NCBI GenBank assembly: GCA_963833225.1
Contig: CAWHXD010000007.1
Span: forward strand, 160,001 to 224,000
Source: an uncultured Chloroflexia bacterium
GTDB taxonomy: Bacteria; Chloroflexota; Limnocylindria; Limnocylindrales; CSP1-4
Reading direction: 5' to 3'
DNA: 64,000 nucleotides
Part shown: positions 60,949 through 64,000 of the stretch, one piece after another
How the letters are laid out: each line of letters starts with the position of its first letter
Numbering within the stretch: position 1 is the first letter of the stretch
Position numbers and translations under genes: made by a program
Notes under the pieces: generated by a model
What the model was told of the DNA's origin: nothing
Seen by the model: the letters and a program-made list of their open reading frames with translations, nothing else
The model's database searches: none

Positions 60949-61793
60949 CAGCCGATCACCTCGCGCCGCAGGACGCGCAGGAAGGCGAGGGTCCCGGCGA
61001 TCGTCCCGAGGATGAGCAGGAAGCTGAGGGCCGCCCCGAACGGCCAGTCGCGGCTCGTCATGAACAGCATCTGGATGACCTTGGCGATCGTGATCGTCTG
61101 GGCGCCGCCGAGCAGGTCCGGCGTCACGAAGTCACCGATCGAGGGGATGAAGGTCAGCAGGGCCGCGGCGATGATGCCCGGCATCGTCAGGGGCAGCGTG
61201 ACGTGCCGGAACGCCGCCCGGCCGTCCGCATACAGGTCCCGGGCTGCCGCCACGAGCTCCGGGTCCAGGCGGTCGATCGAGACGTACAGCGGCAGGATCG
61301 CGAACGGCAGGAACCCATAGGTCATGCCGAGCACGACCGCAAAATCGGTGTTGAGGATGGTGATCGGCTCAGTGGTCATCCCGAGCCCTGCCAGGACGCC
61401 GTTCAGGACCCCGTCGTCGCCCAGGATCATCATCCAGGCGTAGGTGCGGATCACCCAGCTGGTCCAGAAGGGGAGCATGACGAGAACGAGCAGCAGCACC
61501 TTGCGCCGGCCGCCGTAGCGGCTGATCCAGTAGGCGACGGGGTAGGCGATCGCGATCGAGAAGAGCGTGGTCAGGGTCGCGTAGCGCAGGGAGTTGAAGA
61601 CCGTGGGCAGGAAGTCCGGCTCGAGGGCTCGCAGGTAGCCCTGTGCCCCCAGGTGGTCGAAGACCACGCCACCGTACTGGTCGCGGGTCCCCAGGCTGAC
61701 CACGAAGATGATCGCCAGCGGGAGGGCAAAGAACACGACCAGCCAGGCCATGCCCGGTACCAGGAAGACCGCGTCCCGCGCGCGACCGTGCAT
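60948..61793 (-). CDS. potB: Spermidine/putrescine-type ABC permease PotB
   Basis: PFWTSWVIRTYAW, LPFAILPLY, AARDLYA, DWPFGAA. Confidence 0.88.
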   Translation of the reverse strand: MHGRARDAVFLVPGMAWLVVFFALPLAIIFVVSLGTRDQYGGVVFDHLGAQGYLRALEPDFLPTVFNSLRYATLTTLFSIAIAYPVAYWISRYGGRRKVLLLVLVMLPFWTSWVIRTYAWMMILGDDGVLNGVLAGLGMTTEPITILNTDFAVVLGMTYGFLPFAILPLYVSIDRLDPELVAAARDLYADGRAAFRHVTLPLTMPGIIAAALLTFIPSIGDFVTPDLLGGAQTITIAKVIQMLFMTSRDWPFGAALSFLLILGTIAGTLAFLRVLRREVIG

Positions 61794-61827
61794 CGTCGAG
61801 CCCCTCGTCCTGCCCCGCCGCGGGTGG

Positions 61828-63046
61828 CTAGCTCGACCGCAGCTTTGTCCAGCGCTCCTGGTACTTCTGCAGGTCGGGCCCGAGATCGAGCAGCTCCTGG
61901 AGCTTGTCGATCTGCGCCTTCTCCGGGTTCAGCGTCGGGTCGCCGAGGATGGCTGGGTCGATGAACTGCTTGGCTGCCTCGTTGGGGCCCATGTAGTAGA
62001 TGTAGTTGGTGTTCGCGGCGCTGATCTCGGCGTCGAGCATGTGGTTGATGAACAGGTGCGCCGCGATCGGGTGCGGGGCATTGGCCAGGAGCACCATCGC
62101 GTCCGACCCGCGGATGGCGCCCTCGGACGGGATCACGTAGACGACGTCCTTCCCGCGCTTCGACCAGCTGACCTGGGCCACGTCGCCACTCCACGCATGG
62201 GACAGCCAGACGTTGCCGCTCTTGAGGTCGGCGATGTCGTCAGCCGTGTACTTGCGCAGGAGCGGCTTCTGCTGCTGCAGGAGCGCCAGAGCCTCGTCAA
62301 GCTCCGCCTCGCTCGTCGTGTTCACGCTGTAGCCGAGCCGGATGAGCGCGGCCGCGAAGGTCTCGCGATAGTCGTCGAGCATCGCCACCTTGCCGCTGAA
62401 GCGCTGGTCCCACAGGCTGGACCAGTCGGTGAGCTTGTCGCTGATCTTGGCCGTGTTGTAGCCGAACCCCGTGGTCCACCACATGTAGGGCACCGAATGG
62501 GCGTTGCCCGGGTCGTAGGCGGGGCTCTGCCACTCCTCGCCGAGGTTGACCAGGTTCGGGATCAGCGCCAGGTCCAGCGGCTGGACCAGGTTGCGGGCCA
62601 GGAATCCCGGCACGTCGACCCCCGTGGCGAAGGTGAGGTCATACCCGCTGTTGCCGGTCGAGATCTTGGTGGTCATCTCGTCGTAGTTGGTGAACACGTC
62701 GTAGGTGACCTGGATCCCGGTACTTGTCCTCGAACGACGGGATCGTGTCTTCGCCGATGTACTCGTCGTAGTTGTAGACGAACAGCTCCGACTCCGGCTT
62801 GGGCGGCTCGGTCGGCTGGGCCGGTGTCGTGGGCTCGCTCGACGGTGTCCCGTCCGGCGGCGCCGACGCGCCGGGACCGGACGACGGCGGGGCAGGAGTG
62901 GCCGGCGCCGCCGTCGAGGCGCTGCCTCCGCAGGCGGCCAGCAGGCCGCCGGTGGCCGTGACGGCACCGAGGCCGGCGAGGCCACGGAGCACGGTGCGGC
63001 GGGTCATCGCCTTGGACAATGGCGTCGATCGATGCTGCTCGCTCAT
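61828..63046 (-). CDS. potD: PotD/PotF-type substrate-binding Tat lipoprotein (frameshift near 62720)
   Basis: TRRTVL Tat motif, LAAC lipobox, VYNYDEYI..FE, YDPGN..SVPYMWWTTG, WSGD, PSEG. Confidence 0.85.
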
Positions 63047-64000
63047 GGGATCTCCTCCACCGGCTCTCCCGAGGCGGGTCGGGGGAGCACCATGGCATCG
63101 GTGGCGCGCCAGCGGATGCGAACCGCGTCGCCGATTCCGGGACGTTCGTGACTGCGCGGGACGACCACCGCGAGCGTCACCCCCGCGGTGGTCCTGACCT
63201 GGTGGCTGACGGCAACGCCGAGATAGGCGCTCTGCAGGACCTCGGCCTCCAGCCAGGCCCCGGCCTCGGGGCTGGGAGCCGCGGCCTGTGTCGCCGTTCC
63301 GGCGAGCTCGAGGTGGATGGACTCGGGGCGGATCGCGACATCCACGGGATCGCCCAGCCTCGAGGCTCCCGCCTCGGCGAAGACCGCCTCGCCGGTGGTC
63401 AGCCGAACCAGCGCAACCTCGCCGTCCACCGACTCGATCGTGCCGGGGAGCAGGTTGGAGGTCCCGATGAACCCGGCAACGAACAGCGTCTGCGGGGCAT
63501 CGTAGAGCTCCTCGGGCGTGCCGAGCTGCTCCACTCGGCCGCGGTTCATCACGGCGATCCGGTCGGACAGCGCGAGCGCCTCCTCCTGGTCGTGGGTCAC
63601 GTAGATGAACGTGATCCCGACCTCGAGCTGGACCCGCTTGAGCTCGGTCTGCAGCTGCCGCCGCAGCTTGAGGTCGAGGGCGCCCAGCGGCTCGTCGAGG
63701 AGCAGCACCTGCGGCCGGTTCACGAGGGCGCGGGCGAGGGCGACGCGCTGCTGCTGGCCGCCCGAGAGCTGGTCGGGGCGCCGCGGTCCGAAGTCGTCGA
63801 GCCGGACCAGCGACAGCGCCTCGCCCACCCGCGTCCGGACCTCGGGGCCGGGAGTCCGGTGCCGGCGCAGGCCGAACGCGATGTTCTCGAAGACCGTGAG
63901 GTGCGGGAACAGCGCGTAGCTCTGGAACACCATGTTGACCGGCCGCTTCTCGGGCGGCTGCATCGTGATGTCCTGACCCCCGAGCTCGATCCGGCCACCG
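63043..64000 (-). CDS. potA: PotA-type ABC ATPase (5' truncated by window)
   Basis: [44 protein letters not shown]. Confidence 0.9.
   Translation of the reverse strand, partial: GGRIELGGQDITMQPPEKRPVNMVFQSYALFPHLTVFENIAFGLRRHRTPGPEVRTRVGEALSLVRLDDFGPRRPDQLSGGQQQRVALARALVNRPQVLLLDEPLGALDLKLRRQLQTELKRVQLEVGITFIYVTHDQEEALALSDRIAVMNRGRVEQLGTPEELYDAPQTLFVAGFIGTSNLLPGTIESVDGEVALVRLTTGEAVFAEAGASRLGDPVDVAIRPESIHLELAGTATQAAAPSPEAGAWLEAEVLQSAYLGVAVSHQVRTTAGVTLAVVVPRSHERPGIGDAVRIRWRATDAMVLPRPASGEPVEEIP

Overview
High-GC, gene-dense bacterial window. The gene content suggests a monoderm, probably Chloroflexota-like; this is inference only. Many single-base frameshifts in conserved genes point to an unpolished long-read assembly. 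Main content: (1) a ~5.4 kb repeat-rich surface adhesin gene; (2) housekeeping and catabolic genes (AlkA-like glycosylase, DoxX-Rieske fusion, aroQ, tryptophanase, LysA-like decarboxylase, fdhD); (3) a ~17.5 kb minus-strand multiheme cytochrome island (14122-31611) encoding a Rieske/cytochrome b/decaheme complex, a NapC/NirT-type decaheme, System II maturation genes, two TPR proteins, an NHL beta-propeller, a stalked ~8-heme cytochrome and a secreted hexaheme whose motif order matches the Geobacter nanowire protein OmcS. A shared candidate operator lies upstream of each transcription unit, and a NarL-type two-component pair lies nearby; (4) an XRE-HTH/PD-(D/E)xK nuclease gene bracketed by two copies of a ~119 bp palindromic element, with a third solo copy 31 kb away; (5) two convergent selenocysteine formate dehydrogenase operons (in-frame UGA + SECIS) with selD and tRNA-Sec nearby, one apparently a giant FdhA-NuoE-NuoF-GltD fusion; (6) four non-pyrrolysine MttB-family methyltransferases, two of them in an operon with a Pot-type ABC transporter.
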